Positions 27,410-40,934 of a stretch of DNA of 64,000 nt are shown here, piece by piece. Every line of letters begins with the position of its first letter. Within the stretch, counting starts at the first letter, position 1. The notes under the pieces are model-generated. The model was not told the DNA's origin. It made no database searches and saw nothing but the letters and a program-made list of their open reading frames with translations. The DNA is from Chiloscyllium plagiosum (Eukaryota), in assembly GCF_004010195.1 (NCBI RefSeq), contig NC_057755.1, forward strand, positions 5,290,921 through 5,354,920. Direction: 5' to 3'. The translations under genes and the position numbers were made by a program.

Positions 27410-27415
27410 TTTATT
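27410..27415 (-). terminator. Candidate polyadenylation signal AATAAA of GPCR copy 2
   Basis: About 240 nt after the stop codon, with GT-rich sequence downstream on the minus strand. Conserved at 2072-2077 downstream of copy 1. Confidence 0.45.
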
Positions 27416-27655
27416 GCGAGTTGAATAGGGAGATTCTGACAATCATCGTGGTGAAGGAGGGTCCGTTTCTGTCCCTCTCCCTCTTCCCCTGCAGGTGAAA
27501 AGCAGAGACCACATCCTGCACGTCTATAACACTCATCCAAAGGGCAGTCCATGAAGGTGCAATGTCCGAGCTGAACTGATCACTCACAGACAGTCCATCA
27601 TATCAAATCTCTCTATCAGCCTCTTTCTATCCTCTTTCCATCATAAGTGAAGAAT

Positions 27656-28521
27656 TTACGTGATCAGTTGCTGCACCGCATTCCTGAACTTCTCTCGAAA
27701 CTTGGGCACAGTCACTGCATAAAATAATGTGTTTGTGCTGCAGCTGAAATCCCGAAGTATTTCTCCGGCCCATGAAAAGTGAATTTTCCTCCCACGATCT
27801 GTTGCTTTAATGTTAAAGTATAAGATGTTTGCACTGTTCACTCCCCAAAGAAGTATGAAGCTGATGGATATGGTGAAGAGGCAAATCACCGACTTCTTCA
27901 GACTCTCCATCTCTGTGGCTTTGCGACTCTCTCCCTTGCTCTGACCCATCAGGCTCTTGCGGACTCGACTAGCCACTAAAATGTACCTGACCGTCAGAGT
28001 GTTCATCAACAGAATTAACACGAATGGGATGAAAGGCGTTAAAATGATATCGAACCACTTAAACCTTCGCCACCTAGGATCAGTAAAATAACTTGACTTT
28101 ATGTAGCAGTACCTTGGAACATTGTTAATTGTCCTCCCAGGTTTATACCGAAAATAGAAGGGAATGTTTTTTGAACAGAGCAGAATGGTGGTTGCAGCCA
28201 GAGCCACAGCCGAGGTTTTGTCTGTCCAATATTTTCTGTTCATTTTCAAGCAGCAAATGGCTACAAAACGATCAAAGGTGAAAAGAACAGTGAACCAGAC
28301 GGAACAGTCTGTGGCTGCACGAAGCAGGACATAGACAGCACTGCACACTGGGGTGATGTCCAGGAAACACCCTGGGTAGTAAAGTTCTTTCAATCGCCAC
28401 AGCATGATCTCAGCGAAAATGAACAATATATCTGATGCTGCCATAGCCAGCAGGCAGCGGGTTGTGCAGTTAGAGAGGCCACATTTTCCCCGAGAGAGAA
28501 CCAACATCAGCAGGAAATTAA
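27656..28521 (-). CDS. GPR139/GPR142-like class A GPCR, copy 2, exon 2 (intact; spliced protein 310 aa)
   Basis: Acceptor ...CTTTCAG|TT at 28521. Open frame (V)NFLLMLVLSRGKCGLSNCTTRCLLAMAASD...FTFDRFVAIC...RYCY...LTPFIPF...FILLW...FSCSTNTLFY...QQLIT*. Seven-TM pattern with TM2 Asp, DRF motif, ECL2 Cys and NTxxY variant of NPxxY. Family recognised from motifs, not from a search. Confidence 0.9.
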
Positions 28522-29261
28522 CTGAAAGAACCAGAATATAAATATAAATCGGAAGTCACTGATCAAGCATTCTCCACTTCTGACCAGAGAGCAATGGAAG
28601 ATCTCCATATCTAACTGGGACAGGGAATTGACAGATGGCAAAAGGGCATAAATTTTAAGGTGATCAGCAAAAGTTTTGGAGGGGATTTGACGAAAGGTCT
28701 TTCACTCAGAGAGTGGTGTGTGTTCTGATAATTCAGTGCTTGGGAGGGTTGTTGATGTAGGAAACCTCACAACCTTTAACAACTACCTGGGTCAAGACCA
28801 GATTTCATCGAGCCTTGATAGCACAAGCTTGACGACTGATACTCCTCTTCAGTACAGTCGGGTTCCACAATTCTAAGAAGTACTTCTGGGAAGTCGTTTT
28901 GGAAGTGAAACATTTTCACAAAATAAGTAAAAGTGCTGTGGATACCAGAAATATAAAAAAGAAACAGAAATCACTGGCGAAGCTCAACAGCTATGGCGAC
29001 ATCTGTGGAGAGAGAAACATCGTTAATGAAATCATTCTTCGTCAGAACACATCCCTCTGAACATTTGTCAATGGTATCCAAACGTCAACTCGGTTTTCTC
29101 CTCGCACGAGGCCCCAACATTGCAAACAAAGGACGGGAATTGATTTTGAAAAGGGAATTGAGAATCATCGTGTTGATATTTATCTATGATGGAACATTTA
29201 TTCGACTGCTCCGACCATGCTGGGCGCAGTTACAGTCATAGAGACTGTGACTCTAATACTA

Positions 29262-30600
29262 CCGTGGATGTATTCCCAGGAGTATTCTCCCTAAGTCCAA
29301 CAGTAATGCTATCCCTTATTAAAAAGCAATTCGTCTTTTTTTCTTGACACCGTTCTTTCCTTCCTCCAGCATTTCTATCCTGCAATTGTCAGCTGCCAGT
29401 CCTGTCCATCCCTGAGCCACATCTGTGTAATTGCTATGATATGCTAGCCCCATATTCCTCACCGCGAGCTCAGTTCATCTGTTTCCCCTGTTAGGCATCT
29501 TGTGTAGACATAAATGAAATTTAATTTGTCAGTCTTGCCTCATTGTCTGCTTTGAGTCTGCCTGACAATTGGACTTGCTCGTTTTCCCTTCTGTGTCAGT
29601 CTCAGGCTGATTTCTTTCCTCATGGTCGGCCTGATCACGCGACCCCACCCCCGCACACGCACCATTACCGTAATCTCCACTCCAACCTTACTAGCTTCAA
29701 TATTCCTGAGCTTCTCGAGCAAATCGCCATGCCAGTAAATAAGTTTGTTTTCTAATTCAGTTGCAATCTGTCCTTGTTATACAGATCACTTATGCCCCAA
29801 GAAATATGCCAATGATGCAAAAATGGGAAACATTTTGCCCTGCACCAGCTCCTCAGCCACACAATCATCGACTCTATCCTTCTAGTCCTACGCTCACTAG
29901 CTCGTGGCATTGAGAATGATCCAGATACTACTACCCTCAAGAACCTCCTTTCATTTTCCTGCCAAACCTCATACTCTCCCTTTAGAATTTTGTCCTTATT
30001 CTTTCCTGTGTCGTTAGTTCCAATGTACACAATGACCTTCTGCTGATCACACTACCCTTTGAGAATATTCTACACGATCTCTGAGATATCCTTGATCCTG
30101 GCAACAGTGAGGCAACAGTCTGTCTGTGCTTCTGTTGAGAGCGTCCCCTATCACAACTGATCACTTGGAACCTGGCGTACAGTCGTTACATTTGAGCCAG
30201 TCTTGGTGCCAGTAATTGGCTCTTCATGATACATTCCCCTAAGAGTCCATCACGCCCTACATTTTCCAAAACAACATATCTCTTTAAAATGGGGATAGCC
30301 ACAGGAGACTCCTGCACTACCTATCTCCCTCTCCTGCCTTTTCTGGAGGTAACCTGTCTACTTGGTTAAGTCTACTTTTTTTCTCTCTTCCTTGAGCTGC
30401 CATCCATCAGACCCCTTAACTCCTGAAAATTCCTCATTGCCTCAATATTCCTCACTGCTGCTCCAACCTATACAAGTGATATGATAGGATTCACGACCAA
30501 ACATATTTACTCTGGACATATTGATCAGTAACACGTAAGCTGTACCACATCTGACAGGAAGAGTACATCGCTCCTCCATTGGCCATCTTTGCAACTTAAT
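29262..30600 (-). mobile_element. CR1 5' portion (ORF1 esterase + endonuclease start), decayed
   Basis: YIGTNDTGK...VVVSG...WLRSWC; homologous to 8360-9600. Confidence 0.78.
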
Positions 30601-32329
30601 AACCTACACACCCAGAACAAACTATAGCCTTACTACTGTAAAGGACACTGCTACCGGCTAATGTAGTGCCGATGCTTTATACTTTTACATTTTAATCAAG
30701 AGACAGATCTCAATAAAACCTGTAAACAAAAATAACTCATTCTACTGAATATTGCAGATATACACCAAAAACTCCAAGACTACAGTTAAAAACTATAAAC
30801 GTGCCTGCTCCTGTGCTGTGAATTCTCCCACACAGTTTCCTCCTTTCTTTACATTGTGTTGCTTTGATCTTTCTTTTCCCAAAATTTCCAAAACAATGCA
30901 ACAGCACATAAAAAAAAAATACTGTTCCAGTATTTTTTGGAAGTCAGCGCTGACACCCGAACTATCTCAAAAAGGAGCTGCTCTCACAGTCGCAATTATT
31001 TCTCTTTCTCCAATTTGGGTTACCTCGAAACGTCTGGTCACTATATTACAAAACCATTGCTTGTTACAATTGTGAAGATGCATCTTTTTGATGTTCAAAG
31101 CTAACAGAGCTGAGACAGGTTTGTTTCATCATTAAAGGTGTAATCCATGATCTGAGCCCTCTCTGTGATGATAAACTGAGGATCTGTGAACTCACTGAAT
31201 CCCACATAGTTTGGTTTGGAAAGTGAACAATTCTTTGTCAAGTTTAGCAAATGTTCTAATTTCGCTGACATTCAGTCAGCAAATAATACAAAATGCAAAT
31301 AGGGAGCTGTCACATTTTCTATTGCATTCTCTGCACTACCTGACTCAAATAGTTTTGGAATGTGCTTGTTGATATTTTATGAATAAACTATACAATGCGA
31401 ATCAAAACAGACAGTTCCCTACTGCAATTTCTGAATGTGTCAGCTGTAATCCATTGTATAATAAAATATGATAAAAAAAACAGGTTTCTCTGACTGTGTA
31501 TTGTGTTCTCTCATGTAGGGCAATTAGCATTTAAATTGATGATCTGAATACTCAGCAGTTTATCGAAAATACAAGATTTCATAAAACTTATTTTCTAATT
31601 CTTTACATTGCATTGAGACAACTAAACAAGGTTAGTAATATTAACTTAATGATTTGGTAATTTCTTAACTTTAAGTAATAGTATTTATCCCCATGCAAAA
31701 TTGATTTATGCAGTTTAAAGTTATGAAGATACAAACACTTCTTCAGGAAACAACTGGAAAATGGACACAACCCTCTGGAGTTCACTTTAACAATCCACAG
31801 TATTCCAATGTGTTGGAATTAGAAAACACACAAACAGGCCATTTAACCGACCAAGTGAATTCATTTCAACACTCCTCGGTCTTTCTGCAATAGCACAGAA
31901 ATGCACGAAAGTTATGGCACTGAAAGAGGTCATTCATGTCTGCAACAATTTAAATTACGAACAAGCTGCTCTGATCCCCCTTTCCGGCACCTGGTCCGCA
32001 GCATTGTGGGTTTCTAAACCTCACGTGAAGCTCCAGGTTCCCGGTAAATGAGTTAAAGTTCACCTCAAGCCGTCACCAGTACTAGGAAATTAATGCCAGT
32101 CGCACTATCAACTTCTGAATGAAATGGTTGGCCTCATGTCCTTGATAATCCTCCCAATATTTTTTCTCACTCTGTGTAAATATGTGTTCTGTGTTCGGGG
32201 AGACATGTCCACAATCAAAACCTTGATTATTTTGTATATCCCAATCACATAAAATCTCATGCCCCTCTCTTTATGGAAAATGACACTACCTTCTGCATCT
32301 TTCATCAAAGCTGCAGTAATTTCCATGAT

Positions 32330-32875
32330 TTGGAGGTGCCGGTGTTGGACTGGGATGTACAAAGTTAGAATCCACACAAAATCAGGTTAGAGTCCACATG
32401 CACGCCGACACATATACGTTTGAGGTGTATTGTACTTGCAGAGTTACATTGTACTTTGCTCAAAGACTGCATGATTCCATGTAATGTTCTGTTAATCCAT
32501 GATTAACATTAGAATCAGTCTAAACATTATGGCACGGACAGCAGCACAAAGGGGACTAACACCTTCAACACATTAACAGATAATTGTTAAAGTTCACCTG
32601 TGAATGTAAATTTTGAAAAAGATTTTGTGATTTACAAGTGAAAGAAGTGAAACTAACTTGCTTATTCAAACAGATGAGAGCCTTAACAAATAATCATTGT
32701 ATTTTTCAATGTATACTTACAGTTGCATCACACTATAAACTTTTACAAATTCTGTGTCTTACAACTATGTACTCCACAACCACCTGACGAAGGAGCAGCG
32801 CTCCAAATGCGGATGCTTCCAATTAAAGCTGTTGGACAATAACCTGGTGTTGTGTTATTTTGAACGCACGATTTT
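32330..32875 (+). mobile_element. Fragment of a second, older Penelope-like family (paralog ~53500-54045)
   Basis: Partly inverted termini (gttggactgggatgtacaaagttag... / gttggacaataacctggtgttgtg) and a degenerate hammerhead-like core ctgacgaaggagcagcgctcc. Confidence 0.55.
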
Positions 32876-34506
32876 CCACATACTAACACCATTCTTATAA
32901 ATATCTTCTCTACTCTCCTCAGAGTCATTCTGTCCTCACAGCTCGTTGACACCTGTTCTGTGCACAAAACCGGATGTGTGTGAGCCAACCAGAGTCTCAT
33001 GCAGTTGCAGCCTTTCGGATCTGGCAGGGACTGAGGGAATTTATTTTGTGTTGGCTCTGGTGCAGAGTGAGAGAGTAATAACTTTGTAATGGGTGATAAG
33101 GTATTAAACTCAGTGTGAATGACTGATCAGGCTTTGGGCCATATAATGGATCTGGATGGATATAGGTGAGGCGCAATCTATATGAAGAGTGGGGTTAGTT
33201 TTTCAGTTCTTCAGGAGTTAGTATTAGTCTTTAATCGCCTCACTTCAGTTCTGATACCAGCTGATTAGTTACAGAACAAGCCAGATCCGAAACACAAATC
33301 CAGTTTGATGGATGATAACCTTACTTGTTTTGATTTAACAATGTGATTTCTTGCTCAATCGCAAACACACAATGCTGCGAATATTATTTCTACAACAAAA
33401 CAGAAATTTATTGCCCAAGAAAATGCGATTAAGTAGAATGAAACAAACTAGTTACTTAAAACGCAGATTCAAAAGCAATGAACACGGATGAACTGTATAA
33501 TTATCATTACCCTCAAAACATCCATAAATGAAAGAAAACACGTGACCTTGATATATTTTACAAAACACGACTCCCAGTACTGTTCCAAACAAAACAACTA
33601 TCACATAATATTTACACGAGAATCCCTGTATCTATCTCTTCGTGAAATGACTTGTCACTGTCACTTCTAAAATGGAACTGCAGTAAATTCCTTCATGGAG
33701 CTACCAGAGTGTCAACGTACTTAGCTTGAAACAATCTCTTCAGAGATTTTTCTTGTCACAACACGTTTGTCTGGGACTAATACAGCATTTTCATTCCAAG
33801 GCAATATAATTTTTAAAAAACTCTCATTTCGTTCACATGAGCACGAATCTATGCATTCTCTCAGTTCCAGGGTCTTACAGAAACTGAAAGAAATGACAGA
33901 AATGATTGAAGTGAAAGTAATGCTTTCTCAGTTAAGGGTTTCTTCCTTAATCGCAAATTCCAGAACTCTTCAACAAATCTTTCAGGCTCCATTAATACCA
34001 TGCTGAGTTGCAAGCATCAAAAATAAACAACGGTTCGCTATAGCCAAACATCAAACGCAATTTTTAAAATAATTGTTGTGATTTCAGAAATAACTTGAAG
34101 TTAACCATAACCTTCGGGTGCACAGAGAAGCCCACTGATTATTCACTCAAAAAAAAAACCCAGAACCAAACTCAAACTGAATGATATTGCACTCTCTACT
34201 TTTGAATACCACTCCTTATATTTTGCCAAAGTGTTTCCTTTTCTTAATTACATCGAAACTCTTCATAGGTTCCGATTGAAATGGAGATTTCGGGAACTTT
34301 CCCAAGAAGAGATGAATAATTTCCAAAGCAATTCCTGCCGAATCTGCAAGATAGGGTTTCCACATGATCTTTGAAATCTGAGACGAAAGGGCTGGTCATC
34401 TGCCACTGTGTGACTTTGGGCACAATATGCCCATGTATCATTGTCAGTTGCAAAGTGAACCCGCACACAATCCTCAGCCCGATTCACACAAATTCAAGGC
34501 ACTTAC

Positions 34507-34573
34507 CAGGAATTGTTACAAATGGAATAATCGTGTAAAATATTGTCCGCACATCACTAAATGAAAGTGTCAT
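34507..34573 (-). CDS. GPR139-like GPCR copy 2, exon 1 (MTLSFSDVRTIFYTIIPFVTIP + G)
   Basis: ATG at 34573 (context AAAATGA), 67 nt, donor CCTG|GTAAGT. The phase-1 G joins TT of exon 2 to give ...IPVNFLL in TM1. Same length and position in all three units. Confidence 0.8.
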
Positions 34574-35898
34574 TTTCTGCCTGAATCTCTTTGTGCAGGC
34601 AATCTCTCTGTGCTCAATTCCGAGGTGATACAATCAAAAGCCTTTCATTTATACCTGCTGACATCACCTGGGGGGCTGCGACATTTCAATGTTGTTCGGT
34701 TCATTTATTTAACAATTTGAACAAACAAGTGATACCAGTGAGTATACTCCCAGCTGTCACATTCTATTTTAGACCTGAGGTTTATTGGATGTTACAAATA
34801 TAAATCGGTCAGTAGGAAACATTGGAAAAAGGCATGTGGAATAAATTCATAGGATTCTTACAAAGTGGAAGCAGGTCAATGGGCCCATCCAGTCCAAACA
34901 GACCCTGCAAAGGCTATCCTACCCACACCCACCTGCTAGGCTTGTGAGACAGCACGGCTAAATACTGAGGGTCTGTGCCACCCTGTACACCAGCATTGAA
35001 CCCCAACACCAGCAATCAAATCTCATTTCATTTCAGTGTTCTTTCCCTCGCCTTTGAACATTTCGAAATTAAATTCCGATTGTTAAGTGTCTCTCTGAGA
35101 AATGTTCTCTTCACTAGAGGAATGTGGCTTCCCCGTTTCCTTGTTCTGTGAAGGGATGATAGTTGGTTAATGGAGACAACACATTGTAGTTTTTCCAAAA
35201 TCTAAAGTCTCAATAGAATTCCTCACCTTGCATGGATACAGCTTCTGAATCAAATATAATTTCTCCAATTCAGGCAATAATTGAAACAATAAAATGAGTC
35301 ACTGAAAAATACCCTCAAAGCTTACATAAGTTCCAATCAATTCTGATCCTCTGACCAGTACTTGAGTGTTCTGGACATGTTTCAGGGCTGACTCTGAGAC
35401 ACACGGATCTGTGCAGCACCACATTGTGATGAGTTATTCTCTGTTCCCTGCAATGTACTGCACATGTCCAGAGGAGATACCTAAAATATCCGACTGATGA
35501 GGGGATGGATCAGCTTCAAGCGAGATAGTGGAGTGAGGCCAGGAGGGATTTGCAAAAGCAAGGATGTAGAAATGTCAAATTTGGAAACATTTCAGCGGGC
35601 ATCAATGCTGCCAATGACGCCTGCAGTGATGGGCAAAGGGACTTGGCTTGAGGACTGATTTAGAACATAAAGCAAAGAGAAGGAATAAATCTGTCATCTT
35701 CATGTTGTTGGGCTGGTATTACTGAGTGCCACAAGGACCATTTCTCCAGACACAGCCATGCATTATCTGTCAATGACTGAGATGGTGGAATCATGTGCGA
35801 CGTTTGTTGATAGCAAAATGTTAGTTGGACAGTAAAATACAAGGAGAAAATAGGCCCGCTGAGAGCGTGAAGGACAGGTTCAGTGAGTGAATTCACAC

Positions 35899-36152
35899 AT
35901 AATTTTGAGACATTTGTGGCATTGTTCATTCTTTTCTCACTTGGAAATATTTCAGTACATCCATAATCATTTAGATGCTTATCCTATTCATAAGTCAAGA
36001 GGCAACAAAAAGCTGTTAGGTGCATTCACTATAATTTTGAGAAATTTGTGGCATTGTTCATTCTTTTCTCACTTGGAAATATTTCAGTACATCCATAATC
36101 ATTTAGATGCTTATCCTATTCATAAGTCAAGAGGCAACAAAAAGCCGTTAGG
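35899..36152 (+). repeat. 132-bp tandem duplication, unit 2 only
   Basis: Two copies (44-aa repeat in ORF 35887-36216); single copy at ~57160-57285. Confidence 0.9.
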
Positions 36153-37689
36153 TCCATTTAGTGTCAGTAGTTTCCATAATTCTCCTCAAAGATTTACTCA
36201 TCGCAGACACTTCTAACTTTGTGCAATTGAACCCTAGATTTGCATCATTTCACTCCCTCATCACTGAACTCTTGCTGCCCAGCTATATTATGGTCAATCA
36301 ATCCTGCACTCAAACAGGCATGAATTTTTGCATTTCAGTATTTATAAATTCAATTGTTGCTGATTTAACATCAAATGGCAGATGTGGACAAACACAAAGT
36401 GACTGAGTGAATCTCTCAGAATCATCATACCTGACTTGACAGGAGCCTGGAAGGTATATTGCTTCAAAAGTGCCGAGGTTGAGAACATCACAGAAAAACT
36501 TCAACATATCTTAAGGTGTGGGATTGATTGCGTGGGACAGAAGCAGGAAAGGGAAAGTGTTGAAACTGAAGAGACCGTGGTGCTGGTGCACATTTATACC
36601 AACAATATCTGGTCGTGAAATCACACTTCAGAGTCCGGCATCCTGTCATTAATCTCCCATTTATTACAAATGCAACTTCTTTGACAGTAGCGTCTTATTG
36701 AGTCAGGTGTTCAGCATCTCAATATTCCTGACATTCATCCCTTTAATTCAGATTGGGCTCCCTGATTGGATCAGTTCCAGAGTTCCAATCAGGGAACTCA
36801 TACACTATGAGGTTCAGCTAGCTGATCTAATGACAATAACAGGGAGAAACAGTGATTAATTCCAATCAGTAAAATGCGGCAAATCAGAGAAGAAATTGAA
36901 AGGCTGACCCCTTGTTACTCTGAGTACACATTAGGCCGATGAAAATGGGACTGCAAGCATTGGTTGAAGGAGGAAGTGCTTTGGATGTATCGCTTATTTG
37001 TGAGGGTTCTGGGGCTGGTGCAATCAGAATACATTGGAAACGTGGGTTTTGCTTTAATGGGATGGGGATTGCTCCTGTTCTGGGGAATCACAGTACAGGC
37101 ATTGTGGAATATTTGTTCAATCTTTGTCAGAGTGTTGGGAAACTGGAATAAAGCACAGTTAGCAGGGAGATGAAACTGGCCACTTGAAGTAGTAAATCTG
37201 TGAGTGAAAGAGAAAAGCAACAAAACACGCTCTGGATCCATGAAGATAATCTGCTTCAGAATTCGAATCTTTAGGATCAAACCCTTCCCTCACATTTCTC
37301 ACAGATTCGGGAACAGAGTTCTTTTGGAGCTAGACTTTCTCATTTTTATGGATATTCTCAATAATGTATGCGTTACGTTATACAGTTACTGTCAAGATCT
37401 CACCTTTATTTGTTATTGCTAATGAGGATGCTTGCTGTATTTGGACAGAAATTGCACTTTAAAAGAATTAACTTCTTAAATCTCAGGTTTGAACTGACAC
37501 GAGAGAACAGATGTAAGCATGCAGCATGTTAAATTGCTTACTCCAAAACAAACAGACACAATGAAATAGCATGAATTTACAATATTATTGTCTTGGGGAA
37601 GAGTGATCTTAAAAGACTTTAATTGTTTATTAAGACGGAGAATAAACCGTTTCAGTCTGAAACTCGGGTCCTGGATCTAAATAAGGATT

Positions 37690-39530
37690 TGATGTATAAA
37701 TGAGCAATGGTGGATTGAAGAACCTTCGTTCAGAGGTTCTCAGTGGAATTGACATTTGCTGAAGAGGAAGAAATGCCTGAATGGTTTTCAACAGTGATTC
37801 GGGTGCCGTCAGGTCAACAAAACAACAGGAAAGGTGAGATTGGGCAGCCCTGCCTGACTGTCGATCTGATCGAGAAGTTTTCTGTTTGCCAACCATTGAT
37901 TGAGGTTTCCTTCATAATGTTGGTGTAGACCAGTATGGTTCATTTGTAGAATCCCTCTCCAAAGCCTACTTTGGAGAGAACATCCCACATAGATGTGTGT
38001 AAGATCATGTGAAGACCTCCTGGTGCAGGCTGATGAGGCAGGTTTCCAACTCCCCTGTCCTGCACTGAGATGATTCTATTCCTGAGAATTGTCAGGCTGC
38101 CTGTACAGATCAGATTTGCTCGGGGTGAATCACTGATCCCAGAGCAGGACTGACCCAGATGGGTGGTGACCTTATTCAGTACAACTTAATTTACATTCAT
38201 CAATTAAATTGGTTACCAGTCGTCCCTTGAGAAAGTGAGGACTGCAGATGCTGTAGATAAGAGCTGAAAATGTGTTGCTGGAAAAGCGCAGCAGGTCAGG
38301 CAGCATACAAGGAGCAGGAGAATGGACGTTCCTGGCATGACCCTTCATCAGTCGTCCCTCTCCACTTCTGATTGCAGATGAGGGGTTGATAATTTTCCAC
38401 ATGGATTTTCACTAACTTCCTATTAGAAGTTTTATGTTGTCCTCTTCCAGCAGGTCTTGGCTAATCACGTCACACAGGATTGAATACAATTCGGCTGGTA
38501 AGCCGTCACTTCCTGGTGTATGACTCTTTCCTGACGACTCGAGGTCCTTGGTCAGCACACCCAGAGATAGCGGCTGTTGCAGCCTTTCCAGGTTGCTGCC
38601 GTCTAAGACCTACCAGATAAGGAGGAATGACCGGGAGGTTGCGCTGTCTATGGACTTCCTGTCACATAGTCTGGCATGAAAGGATTTCAGGTCCACCTTC
38701 TCCCTTCTGGCTCTGAGAACAGAGCACTCCTTGTGCAACTTCTCAAATTACAAACGTGAGCACGTCTCATCCTGCTTCATCGTGTGGACCCTGGACAAGG
38801 ATATGACCTTGGAGACTTCTAAGGTAAAGAGCGAGGCTTGCGGGATGTTCACCTCCTGTTGATCCTCCATGACATCTACGCACATCGTCTGCAGCAGATG
38901 TAAGTTCTGCACACTTTTCTGGAGTTTTCACAGTTCTCCCCCGTTGCTCTCTGACCTTCAGAATACCTTTGACATAAAGGTCATCTCGATGTTCGCCTTG
39001 ACTGTTTCCCAAAAGTCTGAGGTAGACTCAAAGCGGAGTTTCACGTTTCTCCAACCTGTGGAAACCATTGTCGAGATATTATATGTTTAATGGGATCAAC
39101 TGTTTCATTTTCAGTTTCCGTGCTGACCAGCAAGAGTCAGTGGTCAGAGAAGAACACCGGCTTGATATCAGTGAATTTGACCGAAACCAAACCCAGCCTC
39201 TCCAGTCTCACTTCACAGGTGCATCACTCGAGCCCTGGTGAACCTCCCTCTTACAATTCTGCATGATTGTTTTGTTTTAAGACAGAGTCCTAGGCCCATT
39301 TGGTTCCAATCACCAGGCTGGTCGCATCCTTCTTTCGTCTTTGCTGTCTCATCTTCGTCTTTGCTGTCTCATCCTCATCTTGGTTTTCTGTTCCTTCTGG
39401 TGGTAACAGTTGAGGAAGGTGGCATCAATGGTGTCTGCAGCAGCAGTGTTGTGAACCTGGAACAGCAATCCTGGAGTCGGTCCGGGCACCGGTGTGGTAG
39501 GCCCATGCGCACAGTCTCATTATCTTGACT
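37690..39530 (-). mobile_element. Tx1-clade LINE ORF2 fragment, decayed
   Basis: Remnants on the minus strand similar to the 16790-17610 family; the paralog shows DFWETVKGNIK. Confidence 0.6.
38228..38348. mobile_element. Short Penelope-terminus insertion inside the Tx1-like LINE (paralog ~60724-60845)
   Basis: gagaaagtgaggactgcagatgctg... flanked by the direct repeat cagtcgtccct; present in both duplicated units. Confidence 0.7.
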
Positions 39531-40157
39531 GATTACAGTGAATCAGTGTTCATGAGACAGTGGAATTGAGAGAAAAAACCACGAAGTTTGCAGCATTCAG
39601 TGTCAAATTCAATCAAGCCTGACAGATAAGCAAATCTTCACCATGATTGAACATCGACTGAGTTCTTGATAAGACATTGCCACAATGTTTTAAATATCCT
39701 GTACTGTTTTATGTAATATCCTTCCTGGGATAGAAACTAAATTTAAAGTATGCGAATGACATTGTTACAGCAAACTGCAGCTAAGCCACTGCCATCGAAA
39801 ATGACCTGGATAACGAGCTAAAAGAAGGTCAGAAGTCACACAACAGTATTTGATTTCAAGTAAACCGAGTGGACGTTAACCTGGTGTCGTGTGACTTCAG
39901 ACCTTGCCCACATCAGTTCAACACCGGCATCTCGACATTAAAGCTAAAAGAAGCCACTTAAGTCAGAGAGAGATCTCACACACTTTCCAGAAGATACCAG
40001 TGCAAAGAAGCAGCTATCTTGGGAGTAGGAAGAATAGCCCAAACCCCAGTTCGAAGAGCTGTAATTGGAAATTTTAAACTTGTATGTGGGCAGACATTTC
40101 AGACTGGAAGATTACTGGGGATAGTGGAGGAAAAGACTGATTGTTTTAAATGTTGTG

Positions 40158-40161
<4 letters not shown>

Positions 40162-40191
<30 letters not shown>
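40162..40191. repeat. (TA)n microsatellite
   Basis: Pure TA run; lies in a segment deleted in unit 3. Confidence 0.95.
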
Positions 40192-40194
<3 letters not shown>

Positions 40195-40730
40195 CTTTTA
40201 AAAGATAATAAAGCACATCTCATTATTAGTGTTAAACGAGGTCCACTAACTAAGCAAGTAGATTAGTCCATTTTGTTATGAGGGTTTCGATGTGTATTGT
40301 ACCTTTAAGAAAGCATGTACATTTAAGAGAGACTGGAAGCTGGTATGAACTTAGAGGGGTACAGAGTGTGCTGAAATAATTCAAAATGTAACATTTGACT
40401 GTGAAACCAACACTGCAATTGTGTTGCCATGGTACACGGCAAATTCGAATTTGGCCAATAAGTGGATACTGAGCCACAAGATTTCAAAATTCAATCAAAT
40501 TTGAATTTAATGTTTTGGTGACTTCAAACCAATGAAATGATCTGATGTTCTGGGGTATACAACCGAACGTTTTGAACATTTAGCGGTGAACAGAAAAGAG
40601 CAGCCCCAAGCATCAACAGCCTGCTGTCTGAATTTCATTCTGGAAGATAGCTGTCCATAAGGAACTTGTGCAGTAGAACACCAAAGCTGATCTCGAGAAA
40701 CCAGCAACGAAAGTTTGACATCCGAAGATG

Positions 40731-40934
40731 GAAAAAGTGAGGTCTGCAGATGCTGGAGATCAGAGCTGAAAATGTGTTGCTGGAAAAGCGCAGCAGGTCA
40801 GGCAGCATCTAGGGAACAGGAGAATCGACGTTTCGGGCATTCCTGAAGAAGGGCTTATGTCCGAAACGTCGATTCTCCTGTTCCCTGGAAGTTGCCTGAC
40901 CTGCTGCGCTTTTCCAGCAACACATTTTCAGCTC
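40731..40934. mobile_element. Short palindromic Penelope-terminus insertion, 15-bp TSD
   Basis: TSD tgacatccgaagatg at 40716-40730 and 40935-40949; long inverted arms; absent at the paralogous site ~63111. Confidence 0.85.
40839..40874 (+). ncRNA. Minimal type-I hammerhead ribozyme motif
   Basis: attc-ctgaaga-a-gggc-ttat-gtcc-gaaac-gtc-gatt; G.U wobble in stem II, weaker stem I. Confidence 0.6.

Noticed and set aside
35887..36216. ORF with a 44-aa internal repeat
   Set aside because: By-product of a 132-bp DNA duplication private to unit 2; not conserved in unit 3.
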